The position numbers and the translations under genes are program-made. Below, one piece after another: positions 16,042-31,757 of a stretch of DNA of 64,000 nucleotides. The notes beneath the pieces are model-generated. The model was not told the origin of the DNA. It saw only the letters and a program-made list of their open reading frames with translations, and searched no databases. How positions within the stretch are numbered: position 1 is the stretch's first letter; every line of letters starts with the position of its first letter. The stretch is from the human T2T-CHM13v2.0 reference genome, Homo sapiens: the NCBI RefSeq assembly GCF_009914755.1, contig NC_060925.1; one strand, 5' to 3'.

Positions 16042-16502
16042 GTAAGCTTTTCCTGGCATCCATGTTACTCTTCTAACAGGGGTTTATTAGATAGATTTTT
16101 CACTTAGGTTTATAACGAAACACAAGGGCTGTATGAGTTTTCTAGGGCTGACATACCCAAGTACCATAAAGTGGGTGGCTTTAAACAAAGCAAATTCATT
16201 GTCTCACAGAAGTTGGAAATCAAGGTACCAGCAGGGCCATGATCCCTCTCAGACTCAGTAGAATTTTTCTTAGCCTCTTCCTAATTTCTGGTAGAGGTCA
16301 TCAGTCCTTGGCAATTCTTGGCTTGCAGCTGTATCACTCCCATCTCTACCTCCTTCAACACATGTTTTTCTTCTTGTGCCTCTCTGTCTCTGCAGCCAAA
16401 TTCCCTTCTGCTTATAAGCATACCAGTCAAATTATATTATAGGCCCATCCTATGCAAGTATAACATAACCACATCTTAACTAATTACATTTACAGGAGCC
16501 TT

Positions 16503-16805
<303 letters not shown>

Positions 16806-16825
16806 TAAGAATCTTATTACTATTA

Positions 16826-19263
<2,438 letters not shown>

Positions 19264-20191
19264 TTACATTTCCTCTCTAATTTTTGATACCAAATGTCTG
19301 CCTCTGATTTTTTTTTTTGTTTTGTTAAGCACATATTTTGATTTTTTTCTTAAATAATTTCAACTTTTATTTTAGATATGGTGGTGTATGTGCAGGTTTG
19401 TTACCTGGGTATATTGTGCGATGTTGAGGTTTGGGGTAAGATTGATCCCATCACCCAGGTACCAAGCTTAGTACCCAATAGTTAGCTTTTCAACCCTTGC
19501 CCCCTTCCCTCCCTTCCCACTCTAGTGGTCCCCAGTGTCTGTTGTTGCCATCTTTATGTCCATGAGTACCCATTGTTTAGCTCCCACTTATAAGTGAGAA
19601 CATAGGGTATTTGGTTTTCTGTTCTTGCATTAATTCAGTTAGGATAATGGTCTCCAGCTGCATCCATGTTGCTGTAAAGGACATGGTTTTATTCTCCTTT
19701 ATGACTGCAAAGTATTCCGTGGTGTGTATATACCACATTTTCTTTACCTAATCCACCACTGATGGACACTTGGATTGATTCCATGCCTTGGCTATTGTGA
19801 ATAGGGCTCTGATAAACACATGTGTGTATGTGACTTTTTGTTAGATTTCTTTTCCTTTGCATATATAGCCAGTAATAGGATTGCTGTGCTGAACGGTAGT
19901 TCTGTTTTAGTTCTTTGAGAAGTCTCCAAACTGATTTCCACAGAGGCTGAACTAATTTTCATTCCCACCGTCAGTGTGTAAGCATTCTCTTTTCTCCAGA
20001 GCCTTACCAGCATTATTATTTTTTGACTTTTTAAAAATAGCCTTTCTGACTGCTATGAGATGATATCTCATTGTGGTTTTGATTTTCAATTCTCTGATGA
20101 TTAGTGATGTGGGGCATTTTTTTATATGTTTGTTAGAAACTTGTGTGTCTTCTTTTGATAAGTGTCTGTTCATGCCCTTTGCCCACTTTTT

Positions 20192-21039
20192 TTTCTTCAA
20201 CTTTTATTTTAAGTTCAGGGGTACATGTGCAGGATATGAATGTTTGTTACATAGGCAAACGTGTGCCATGGTGATTTGCTGCACAGATCAACCCATCACC
20301 TAGATATTAAGCCCAGAATCTATTAGCTATTCTTCCTGTTGCTTTCCCACCCCTGCACCGCTGACAGACCCCAGTGTGTGTTGTTCCCCCAATGTGTCCA
20401 TGTGTTCTCATCGATCAGCTCATACTTGTAAGTGAGAATATGTGGTGTTTGGTTTTCTGTTCTTGTGTTAGTTTGCTGAGGATAATGGCTTCCAGCTCCA
20501 ACCATGTCCCTGTAAAGGACATCATCCCATTCCTTTTTATGGCTTCATAGTATTCCATGGTATATATGTACCAGGTTTTCTTTATCCAGTCTATCACTGA
20601 TGGGCATTTGGGTTGATTTCTTGTCTTTGCTATTGTGAATAGTGCTGCAATGAACATATGTGTGCATGTATCTTTATAATAGAATGATTTATATTCCTTT
20701 GGGTATACACCCAGTAATGGGATTGCTGGGCCCAGTGGTATTTTTGGTTCTAGGTCTTTGAGGAATAATCACATTGTATTCTACAATGGTTGAACTAATT
20801 TACATTTCCACCAACAGTGTAAAAGCGTTTTTATTTCTCCACAGCCTTGGCAGCATCTGTTGTTTCTTAAATTTTTAATAATAGTCATTCTGACTGGCAT
20901 GGAATGGTAGCTCATTGTGGTTTTGATTTGCATTTCTCTAATGATCACTGATGTTGAGTTTTTTTTCATATGTTTCTTGGCCACATGAATGTCTTCTTTT
21001 GAGAAGTGTCTATTCATGTCTTTTGCCCACTTTTTAGTG
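20192..21039 (-). mobile_element. Nested 5'-truncated L1PA (about 0.85 kb, L1PA10-13-like) inserted in the old L1
   Basis: Second L1 3' end (TTCAACTTTTATTTTAAGTTCAGGGGTACATGTGCAGG). 15-bp TSD CTTTGCCCACTTTTT at 20177-20191 and 21040-21054, the latter followed by AA (TTTT/AA endonuclease site). Confidence 0.88.
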
Positions 21040-21567
21040 CTTTGCCCACTTTTTAATTGTGTTGTTTTTTGCTTGTTGATTTGTTTAAATTCCTTTAAGA
21101 TTCTGGATGTTAGACCTTTGTCAGATGCATAGGTTATACTTATTTTATCCAATTCTATAGGTTGTCTGTTTACTCTGTTGATAGTTTCTTTTGCTGTGCA
21201 GAAGCACTTTAGTTTAATTAGGTCCTATTTGTCAATTTTTGTTTTAGTTGAAATTGCTTTTGAGGACATAGTCACAAATTCTTTCCCAAGGCTGATGTCC
21301 AGAATAGTGTTTCCTAAATTTTCTTCTAGGATTCTTATAGTTTGAGGTCTTACATTTAAATATTTAATCCATCTTGAGTTAATTTTTGTATATGGTGAAA
21401 GTTAGGGGTCCAGTTTCATCCTTCTTTATATGCTAGCTAGCTATCCCAGCACCATTTATTGAATAGGGAATCCTTTCCTCACTACTAATTTTTATTGACT
21501 TTGTCAAACATCACATGACTGTAGGTGTGTGGTTTATTTCTGGGTTCTCTATTCTGCTCCACTGGCC

Positions 21568-21573
21568 TATATA

Positions 21574-21614
<41 letters not shown>

Positions 21615-21619
21615 TTTTT
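21568..21619. repeat. (TA)n / poly-T microsatellite within L1
   Basis: Seen directly. Confidence 0.9.
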
Positions 21620-24600
21620 GTAGCAGTACCATGCTGTTTTGGTTACTCTACCCTTGTAGTGTTGTTTGAAGTCGAGTAATGTGATGTCTCCAGCTTTTTT
21701 TTTTTAGGATTACTTTGACTGTTCAGGCTCCTTTTTGATTCTATATGAATTTTGGAAGAGCTTTTTCTAGCTTTGCGAAAAACGATATTGGTAGCTTAAT
21801 AGAAATAGCGTTGAGTCTATAGATTGCTTTGAACAGTATGGTACTTTTAAAAATATTGATTCTTTCAATCCATGAATATGGAATATTTCTCTATTTTTTG
21901 TGTTACCTATAATTTCTTTAAACAGTGTTGTGTAGTTCTTGTAGAGATCCTTCACTTCCTTGGCTAGATGTATTCCTGTTTTTTTGTGGCTATTATAAAT
22001 GTGATTGTGTCCTTAATTTGGCTCTGATATTGAATGTTATTGGTATACAAAATGCTACTGATTTTTGTACATTGATTTTGTATCTTCAAATGTTACTGAA
22101 GTTGTTTATTACAGGAGCCTTTAGGCAGAATTTTTAAGGTTTTCTAAGTATAGAGTCATATTGTTAGTGAAGAAAGATAGTTTAACTTCTTCTTTTCCTA
22201 TTTGGATGCTTTTATTTTTTTCTTTTGCCTGATTGCTCTGGCATGGACTCCCAGTAGTATGTTGAATAGGAGTGGTGAGAGTAGGCATCCTTACCTTCTT
22301 TCTGTTTTCAAGGGGAATGCTTCCAGTTTTTGCCCATGCAGTATGCTGTTGACTGTGGGTTTGCCATAGATGGCTCTTATTATTTTGACATATGTTTCAT
22401 CAATGCCTAATTTCTTGGGGATTTTTATCAGGAAGGGATGTTATATTTTATTAAAAGCTTTTTCCACATCTATTGAGATGATAGTATGGTTCTTGTTTTT
22501 AATTCCATTTATGTGGGAATCACATTTATTGATCTGTATATGGTGAACCAACCTTGCATTCTAGGAATGAAGTCTACCTGATCATGTTGAACTAACTTTT
22601 TGATGTGCTGTTGGACTCAGTTTGTTGAAGATTTTTGCATCTACATTCATCAAGGATAATGGCCTATAGTTTTTCTTGTTATTGTGTCTTTTGCCATATT
22701 TTGTTATCAAAGTGATGCTTGCTTCATAGAATGAGTTAGGGAGGAGTCCCTCCTCTTCAATTTTTTGGAAAGAGTTTTAGTAGGATTTGTACCAGCTCTT
22801 CTTTGTACATCTGGTAGAATCTGAATGTGAATTAACCTAGTCCAGGGATTCCTTTGGTTGGTAGATTTTTTTTTTTTAATTACTGATTCCATTTTGGAAG
22901 TCAATATTAGTCTGTTCAGGGTTTTAATTTCTTTCTGATTCAGTCTTGGGAGATTGTGTGTTTATGGGAATTTATTTATTTCCTCTATATTTTTTAATTT
23001 GTGTGCATAGAAATGTTCATGATAGTCTCTGAGAATCTTTTGGACTTCTGTGGGACCAGTTGTAATGTTACCTTTGTCATTTCTGATTGTGCTTATTTGG
23101 ATCTTCTCTCATTTTTTTCTTTGTTAATCTAGCTGTCTATTGATCTTGCTTATCCTTTCAAAGAACCAACCTTTGGTTTTATTATTTGCATGGATTTTTG
23201 AGTCTCAATTTCATTTAGTTTTGCTCTGATTTTATTCTTTTATTTTTTTTCTCTTCTAACTTTAGTCACTTCTGCTAGCTTTGGAGTTAGTTTCTTCTTG
23301 TTTTTCTAGTTCCTTTAGGTGTGATGTTAGATCTTTAATTTGAGATCTTTCTAACTTTTTGAGGTAGGCATTTGGCAATATAAACTTCTCTCTTAACACT
23401 GCTTTTGCTGTATATTGTATATTGTGTTTCTGTTTTCATTTATCTCAAATAATTTTTTTAATTTCTAGTTTAATTTTCTTGTTTACTCAACATTCATTCA
23501 GGAGCAAGTTGTTTAATTTCTGTATAATTGTGTGGTTTTGAGAGATCTTCTTGGTATTGACTTCTATTGTAATTCCACTGTAGTCTGAGAGTATGGTTGG
23601 TATGCTTTTAATTTTTTTAAATTTATTGAGATTTGCTTTATGGCTGAGCATGTGGTTGATCTTCAGATATGTTCCATGTGCAGATGAGAAAAATGTATAT
23701 TCTGTGGTTGATGGATGGAGTATTCTGTAGATGTCTGTTAAGTCCATTTGGTCAAGTGTTGAATTTAAGCCCAGAACTTCTTAGTTTTCTGCCTTGATGA
23801 TCTTTCTAATGCTGGCAGTGCAGTGTTGAGGTCCCTCACTCTTATTATATGGCTAGCTGAGTCTTTTCATAGATCTGGAAGAGCCTGTTTTATGAATCTG
23901 GGTGGTCTAATGTTGGGTGCATAAATATTTAGGATAGTTAAGTCTTCTTGTTGAATCGAACCTCTTATCCTTATGTAATACCTTACTTTGTCCTTTTTTA
24001 CTGTTGTTGGCTTAAAGTCTGTTTTATCTGATATAAATCAGTGACCTCTACTCTTTTTCATGTTCTGTTTGTGTGACAGATCTTTCTTCAACCCTTTTCT
24101 TTGAGCCTAAGGATGTCTTTATCTGTGAGATGGGTCTCTTGAAGTCAGCAGATGGATAGGTCTTGGACTGTGTTTCCAACTTGTCCCTCTGTGCCTTTTA
24201 AGCGAGGGCATTTAGACCATTTACATTCAAGGTTAATATTGATATGTTAGGTTTTGATCCGATTATGTAGTTGTCAGTTGGTTGCTTTGTAGTTTCTACT
24301 TTGTGCTTGCTTTATAACCTCTGTGGGCTATATACTTAAGTGTGTTTTTGTGGTAGCAGGTATCATTTCTTTTTTCCATGTTTAGAACTCCCTTAAGTAT
24401 CTCCTGTAAGGTTAATGTAGTGGTAACAAATTCCCTTAATGCTTGCTTGTCTGGAAAAAATATTTTATTTCTTCTTTACTTCTGAAGCTTAGGTTGGTGG
24501 AATATAAAATTACTGGTTGAAATTTCTTTTCTTTAAAAATACTGAAAAAAAACCCCAGTCTCTCCTGGCTTGTCAGGTTTGTGCTGAGAAATCCACTATT

Positions 24601-25914
24601 AGTCTGATGGTGTTCCCCTTATATATGATTTGACCTTTGTCTGTAGCTCCCTTTAAGATCTTTTCTTTAGCATTGACCTCAGGCAGTCTGGTGACTGTAT
24701 GCCTTGGTGATGTTTGTTTTGTATAGTTCTCACAGGTGTTCTCTGGATTTCTTGTATCTGAATGTCACCTCTCTAGCAAGATTAGGGAAATATTATTGAA
24801 TTATTCCTTCAAATATGTTTTCCAGGTTGTTTTCTTTATCTCTGTCTCTCTCAGGAATGCCAATAATTTTTTTAGATTTTGCCACTTTACATAATCCTGT
24901 ATTTCTGAAGGACTTTCTTTACTTCTTATAATTCTTTTTTCTTTATTTTTGTCTGACTGTGTTAGTTCAAAAGATTAGAGTTCAAGCTCTGAAATTCTTT
25001 CTTCTCTTTGGTCCAGTCTGTTGATAGAGCTTTCAGTTTTAGTTTGAAATTCCTTAAGTGAGTTTTTCAATTTCAGAAGCTCTGATTGATTTATTTTAAT
25101 ATGTTTATCTCTTACACTTCCTAGATTGTTTTAGAAATTTCTTTGTGTTGATTTTCAACTGTGTACTGGCTTTTGTTAAGCTTCCTTGCAATCCATGCTT
25201 TGAATTCTTTATCTGTCATTTCTGAGTTTCCATTTTGGTTTGGGGCCATTGCTGGGTAGCTATTGTGATCCTTAGGTGGTGTCACTACATTCAGATTTTT
25301 TCATGGTGCCAGAATTCTTGCCCTGGTTCTTTCTCATCTGGAGACACTGCCACTTCTAATTATTGTAATTATTTTTATATGAATAGCATATTTTTATTTT
25401 TCTTTCTTTCTCTATAATGTTGCTATGTTCCTCTTTTCTTTCCTCCTCTCCCCTGCTTTTTACACGGGGTGTGACTGTAGAGAATACTGGGCAGGGTATT
25501 TTGACTTTGCTGCTATAGCCCTATGTACTTCTCTCAGCAGGTTTTATCTTGAGCTATGCTGTCAACTTATAAGCCAGTAGATGGCACTTATGGGTAAGAG
25601 CCAGCTGTGGCCAGTGAGGCTGGGTATGTACTTAATCCTTTTTTAACGGGAATATCTTTCTGTTGCATAAGGCAATGGGCTGATTTTTGGATTGCTCAGT
25701 GTTTTGAGCTCTCTGCTCAGGCCAGGGGAGGCCACGATAGGCAGGGCTGGGCTTGGCAGGTTTGCATACAGGTCCCCTGATGGCAGGTACAGGCACTAGC
25801 ACTGAGGGAAAATCCAGTGCATGGCCACTGAGTGTCCAGAAGTGCGCCTAAGCATGGAGCTGGGGAACTCCTTGACCCCATGTTCTCTATACAGGGATGG
25901 GGGAGATCTAAACT

Positions 25915-26345
25915 CTTAATCCAAGAGAGTAGTTGCTCCAGATGCCTGGAGATCTACCTGGGCATGCAGCAGAGAGTGCCCCCCTGCACCAAGATCTCTT
26001 CAAAGGAGGGGTGGGATGACTCAGGCTGCTGAACCAGGCAAACAGATGCTCTGAATGCCTGGAGATCTGCCTGGGTGTGGAGCAGAGAGGGCCCCACTGC
26101 ACCATGATCTATGCGCAGGAAGGGCAGAGCTATTCAGGCTGCTGATCCAGTTGAGGAGGTGCTCCAAATGCCTGGAGCTCTGCCTAGGGTTGGAGTGGAG
26201 AGGGGTTTGCTGCACAACAATCTATGTCCAGGAAGCATTGGGAAGCTTAGGCTGCTGAGCCAGGCAAGTGGGTGTTCTGAATGCCTGGAGTTCTCCCTGG
26301 GGTTTCAGTGGAAAGGGCCCACTGCACTACAATCTCAGGGGAGCA
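25915..26345. repeat. About four diverged 113-bp tandem monomers in the L1 5'UTR
   Basis: Anchor ATGCCTGGAG recurs at 25942, 26055, 26168 and 26281 (exact 113-nt period). Confidence 0.9.
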
Positions 26346-28321
26346 TCCTGGGCACTCAGTAACGACACATACAGATTGGTACCAGGTCACCACTCTGCCC
26401 CTGCCTGCAAGTCTCCTTGCCCAAGAGAAACTGCAGCAGCAGCAGCATTCCCCACCCTACCCAGGCCTGTGACGGAGGAGAGCACAATTCCAGCACCTAC
26501 TGCTGAGGCACTTTCCACAGTTTTGACTGTGGAAGCTCCTACCCCACTCGAGAGCAAGCACTCCAGTCTCTGGCCCACGACTAAAATCCTGTGCGGGCAC
26601 ACTACTGGGTCACCACATAATTGTTGACTTTATGTTTGTCCAGATTAAAAATAGCCTCCTGCTCTCTGTCCCAGGTCTGGGAAAATGGCTGCAGCTTTTC
26701 CCAGTGCCTTTCCCTCACTGCATTTCCAAGCTCTCCCCAAGTTAGTTCCAGGGCTTGGGAGAAACAAGCTTTCTCCCTTGGCCTGGGTTGCTTGGATCCC
26801 AGTGGAAGGTGAGTCACAGAGGGAGGCTATCTGCCTCTCTCATATCCTGAGGGTTCACTCACTTTTATCAGCCAGATGCTGTCATGGGGGCTGTTTGCCC
26901 ATGTTCTCCTCCCCGGGTTCTGGGGTTTCCTACATGATTCCAGTGAATTCTCATTTTCCTTCTTGAATTAAAGCTTACGGGGTTGATCTTTATGCACTAT
27001 CTTGCTATTTTCAAGTGACTGAAGCACACTAAAAGCCATTAATCATTTTTTCCATCTTGGGGAAAAAAATGAATCTATTATTATTATTTTTAGTGGCACA
27101 AGAATTCAGGTTTAACTTATCTTTGCCCTTTCTACTTAGGCTCTTTTCTGCCTTAGTTTTAAAAACAGCTGCAAACTTCAGAAGAAGTTCTTGGCTACGT
27201 AAAATATTTTTTTCTCTAAGATATTTACCCACTTAATTTTCAAACTTAGGACAGCATTTTTTAACTTAACCTAAAATAGGTCATGTAGACCTAAAGTGTC
27301 TACGTTTTTCTACTCAAATTTTAAAAACTTTTCCTCTTCTATGATATATGTGTTATTTCAACTGCCATTTGCTTTATTGTTGTATCTGTAAGGTCCTATG
27401 TGCCTATTAGTTCAGTTCTCTTTTTCGCAATTATATTTCCCACTATTACTATTGTTCTAACTCCAATTTTAAGTAAAATACAATAATGGTAAAAGTAAGT
27501 GTGCTAATCTATTATGGATCATTTTTACCAGCTACCATAAATCTAAACCATTCTCTTAAAAAATTCAGTTTGAAGTATTAAAAACATGGTAAAAATTAGA
27601 GTAGGAATGTGTTATTAAAATTCTCATTAGTGTAATTTAGATTTAAGAGAGTTTTATACTTTTTGGCTGTTTACTGTTCTTCCTTGACGCAAATTTCTTA
27701 CTTAAATATTTTTAGAACAGAAAATACTTTCTGAAGTTCTGTAAGATCTCAGAGAGGGCTAATATTTATCTGTTTCTATTGATTTGTTAATTAAGGTTCA
27801 ACCAGACAAAGCCACTAATATCCATGAAGATGGGGACACTTTTATGAACAAAGCTTTGCTTTTGGTCAAAAATACAGTGTACACCTCTCTGTGCACTGTA
27901 GATGTACAGAGGACATCTACAGTCTAGATGTACCAGTGTATATCCTCTCTGGATGAGGACCCTGGGAAAGGAGGGTGCATCACTCTGCTGAAGATCTTTT
28001 AGTTTCATAATTAGTAGAATGTGGGAAGGAGAATTTGAGACATTTCTAACTCCGTATAAGATAAGCTTGTGTCCTGAAACACTCATTTTTCTACCTCTTA
28101 TTCAAAGTGTATAACTGGCTTAAGTAGAAATGGAAAGTTTGTTATTACAGGAGAAAGTGAGATATAGTGATGATAACAAAAATATACTTGTGATGCATTA
28201 ATCTTAGGCTGTCTTATCACTTTTTAAATATAACTAACAAGGCCTTATAGCAACTGTGGAATATATAGGTATTATGTGACACGTTTTATATTTTCAGGCC
28301 TGATGTCGTATTGTATGTGTT

Positions 28322-28682
28322 TGTATTAGTCCATTCTCACGCTGCTAATAAAGACATACCTGAGACTGGGTAATTTATAAAGGAAAGAGGTTTAATAGAC
28401 TCATAGTTCAACATGGTTGGGGAGGCCTCAGGAAACTTACAATCATAGCAAAAGGGGAAGCAAACATGTCCTTCTTCACATAGTGACAGGGAGAAGAAGA
28501 ATGAGAACCTTATAAAACCACCAGATTTCATGAGAACTTACTCACTATCATGAGAATAGCATGGGGGAAACCACTCCTATGATTCAATTACCTCCCATAG
28601 GGTCCCTTTCATGACAGGTGGGGATTATGGGAACTACAATTCAAGATGAGATTTGGGTGGGAACACAGCCCAAACCATATCA
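28322..28682 (-). mobile_element. THE1 (C/D-like) solo LTR
   Basis: TGTATTAGTCCATTCTCACGCTGCTAATAAAGACATACC..AAACCATATCA; perfect 5-bp TSD GTGTT (28317-28321 / 28683-28687). Confidence 0.93.
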
Positions 28683-30004
28683 GTGTTATTTTAAACAACT
28701 AACAGTGTCAATTCAGTATGTGGCCCTCATGATCTGAGACCAAAAAAAATACAAAAAGTATAAATAAAAATGAATGTGGGTGGAGTCCTAAACAATATTA
28801 TATTTGTGACCATTGTATAAACCAGCTTAGGAAAAAAATATTTTTCTTTATCATTTTGTAAAAGATGAAAAATTCAGAGTCATGGCATAGTATCATAGGA
28901 GAATAGGAGAATGATAGCTGTGTGCTAATAAGAATAATCAAATAAACAACTTTATTTTTACTAGCTTTTATTATATTGTTACCCATCTTCAAATCTGTTA
29001 ATTTTTTTTTTATTTGACAGAGGAAATAATACAAACTTATAGAAATATACGTTAATTATAATTAGCATAAGAATTTGATGTGATTAATATGACAGATGCT
29101 GAGTAAGATAAATTGACACTATTTTTGCTGATTCATCACTATCTCCTTAACTTATATATTTTTGTGGCTGTGTTGGTCTTTGTGAAGCTATGATACCCTG
29201 TTTCTAGTACTGTAATCTTTACATTCCAGGTCCTTGTGTCCAGGGAGTGTTTTTGGAATGAGAATGTGGATTGGGGGGCAGATGTGGCAACGGCTGGGTA
29301 GCAGATGTGTGCCCTTTGCAAGAGTCTTTGGAAAAACAGAAATTGTGAATTTTTTTAAAGGATCTTGGAAAAGAATTGCCTCATATAGTCCAATAGAGTA
29401 CACAAAATTAGACTTTGCTTCTGGGTACCTTATGACTGTAAAATTAGCTATTGAGTGAGTTTCCCATCTGGGAAATATCAATTATTTACTGTTTAGAACT
29501 TTCCCTCTTGCTATTAGATGTCCTAAAGACAGTGTTCTCACTTAATTTTGCTATTTTGCCAGGGAAAAGCAAGAGGAATTGCTCTAACTTGAACCTCCTC
29601 ATCTTTCTATTGGGCTATAAATCTCATAAGGAAACAAAGACGTCCCTTCCATAATGCACACTTAATATTTGATGTCAATCTGCAAAACCTGCAAAATCTG
29701 CTCTGAGGAGGATCAGGGTTCAGCTACATTGTTATATTGAACTTTTCTGAAGGCAACTTAAAGAATGTATTCTTCAAACTGTGGTGTTATTAAAGGAAAA
29801 GAAGTATATTTTGGAAAGTGATTTATAAATGTTTAGGATGCAGATTGTAATAGATCTGTATTTCTTAACATCAGTATAATTATTAGAAGCATCTTAAGAA
29901 CAAGTGATGATGGGGTGGTTTAGACCAGAACTCTGAAATAGTGCTTGTCCCCAGGGAATGAGCAAGAAAAGTAGATTTTCTATGATAAGAGAACATGACG
30001 ATTA

Positions 30005-30271
30005 GGCTGGGTATGGTGGCAAAATGGCAGCACTTGAGAGGCCAAGGCAGGAAGATCACTTGTGGCCAGAAGTTCAAGACCAGCCTGGGCAACATAGTGA
30101 GACTCTTGTCTCTACAAACATTTTTAAAAATTAGCTGTACATGGTGGCATGCAGCTGTAGTCCTAGCTATTTGGGAGGCTGAGGTGGGAGGAGGTCTTGC
30201 TGCGGTGGGCTATGAAGGTGCCACTGCACTCCATCCTGGGCAACAGGGCGAGGCCCCATCTTGAAAAAAAA
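30005..30271 (+). mobile_element. Degenerate AluJ with internal deletions
   Basis: GGCTGGGTATGGTGGC..AGTTCAAGACCAGCCTGGGCAACATAGTGAGAC..A tail. Confidence 0.85.
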
Positions 30272-30831
30272 GAAAATATGAAAACTCCTATTTCTATGTA
30301 TTTCTAAATCTCATTATTTCTTCACTTTTTATTTTTATATATCGTAATACTTATGATATAGTAGAGCATAATACATTTCTAATTCATAAGTAATGTGCAA
30401 TACTTTGCCATTTATCACTGTGAGTGATGAATCAAAAGCATTTAGAGATCACCGGTGCAGATAAATAGGCAGTGCTCAGGTGTCTCTGTGTATGTGACTG
30501 AATATAGGAATTCAGCATTTAGTACTTTCTCTACAGGAAGAGATCTCCCAGAAAATTTTAACTTCATATTTATTTATGCAGAGAACATGTTTTAGTGACT
30601 GGTTACCTTAGTGATTGGTATCTGCTCCTTCCCGATGGCACTTTCTGTTCTCTCTCAGTGCTCAGTGTTCTGGGGCTAAAAAGCACTTGGGAGGCCACAG
30701 AATCTGTAGACACTTTTATTTGACATATGAGTAAGCAGACCCCTGTTGCTAAGAGTGGCAAGTGCAGAGTAATTCTTCCTAAAAGGTGAGAAGAGAGAAA
30801 GGAAATTATTTTGCAAAGTGTTATTTACTTA

Positions 30832-31217
<386 letters not shown>

Positions 31218-31628
31218 TAACTTTTGTCATTTTATTTTTTATTTGACTGGAAGTCTCAGGTGATAAGTTAAGTCATGCTTGCCTTCCTGAGAGCTAAATC
31301 AACTTTTCTCTTTCTTTATTAAAATCTAAGAAGTCTTATTAATTATACGGTAATGTATGAACACTTGCTTTTTTACAACTTGTCTTCTTTTACAAAGGTC
31401 CAAGACTTAAAAAAAAAACACATAAAGTGTTAGTGATTCTTCTTCAAAATTAGAGAAAAGTGAAATAATTACCCAACCTAACACAATTTAAAATTTCTTT
31501 TCAAGGCTGGTAGCTCCTTTAATATAAACCCTTAGGGTCTATACCTTAAAGGGGTCATACAAGCCAGTGAATTCATTTCCACAGCTTGTTTAGAAGCTGC
31601 CCAGTGAAGTCCTTAACACTCCTTTTCA

Positions 31629-31757
31629 GAATTACAGGAATTCGAGGTTGCAGTGAACTATGATTGCACCACAGCTCTCTAGCCTGGGTGACAGAGCAAG
31701 ACCCTGTCTCAAAAATTTAAAAAAAAAAAAAAAAAAGAGGAAAGAAAGAAAAATAGT
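31629..31757 (+). mobile_element. Heavily 5'-truncated Alu/FRAM right-arm fragment
   Basis: GAGGTTGCAGTGAACTATGATTGCACCAC..long A tail; flanking direct repeat ACTCCTTTTCA at 31618-31628 / 31758-31768. Confidence 0.85.

Larger units (their letters stand above)
19340..27062 (-). mobile_element. Near full-length old L1 (L1PA15/16 or L1PB-like): 3'UTR, decayed ORF2 and ORF1, GC-richer 5'UTR with tandem monomers
   Basis: 3' end TTTCAACTTTTATTTTAGAT at about 19358; EN-domain fragment MDLTDIYRILHP..FFSSAHG (23487-23747); YY1-like CAAGATGG on the minus strand at about 27052-27059. Confidence 0.85.

Noticed and set aside
25832-26966. Dense cluster of overlapping ORFs on both strands
   Set aside because: Explained by the GC-richer tandem L1 5'UTR, which has few stop codons.
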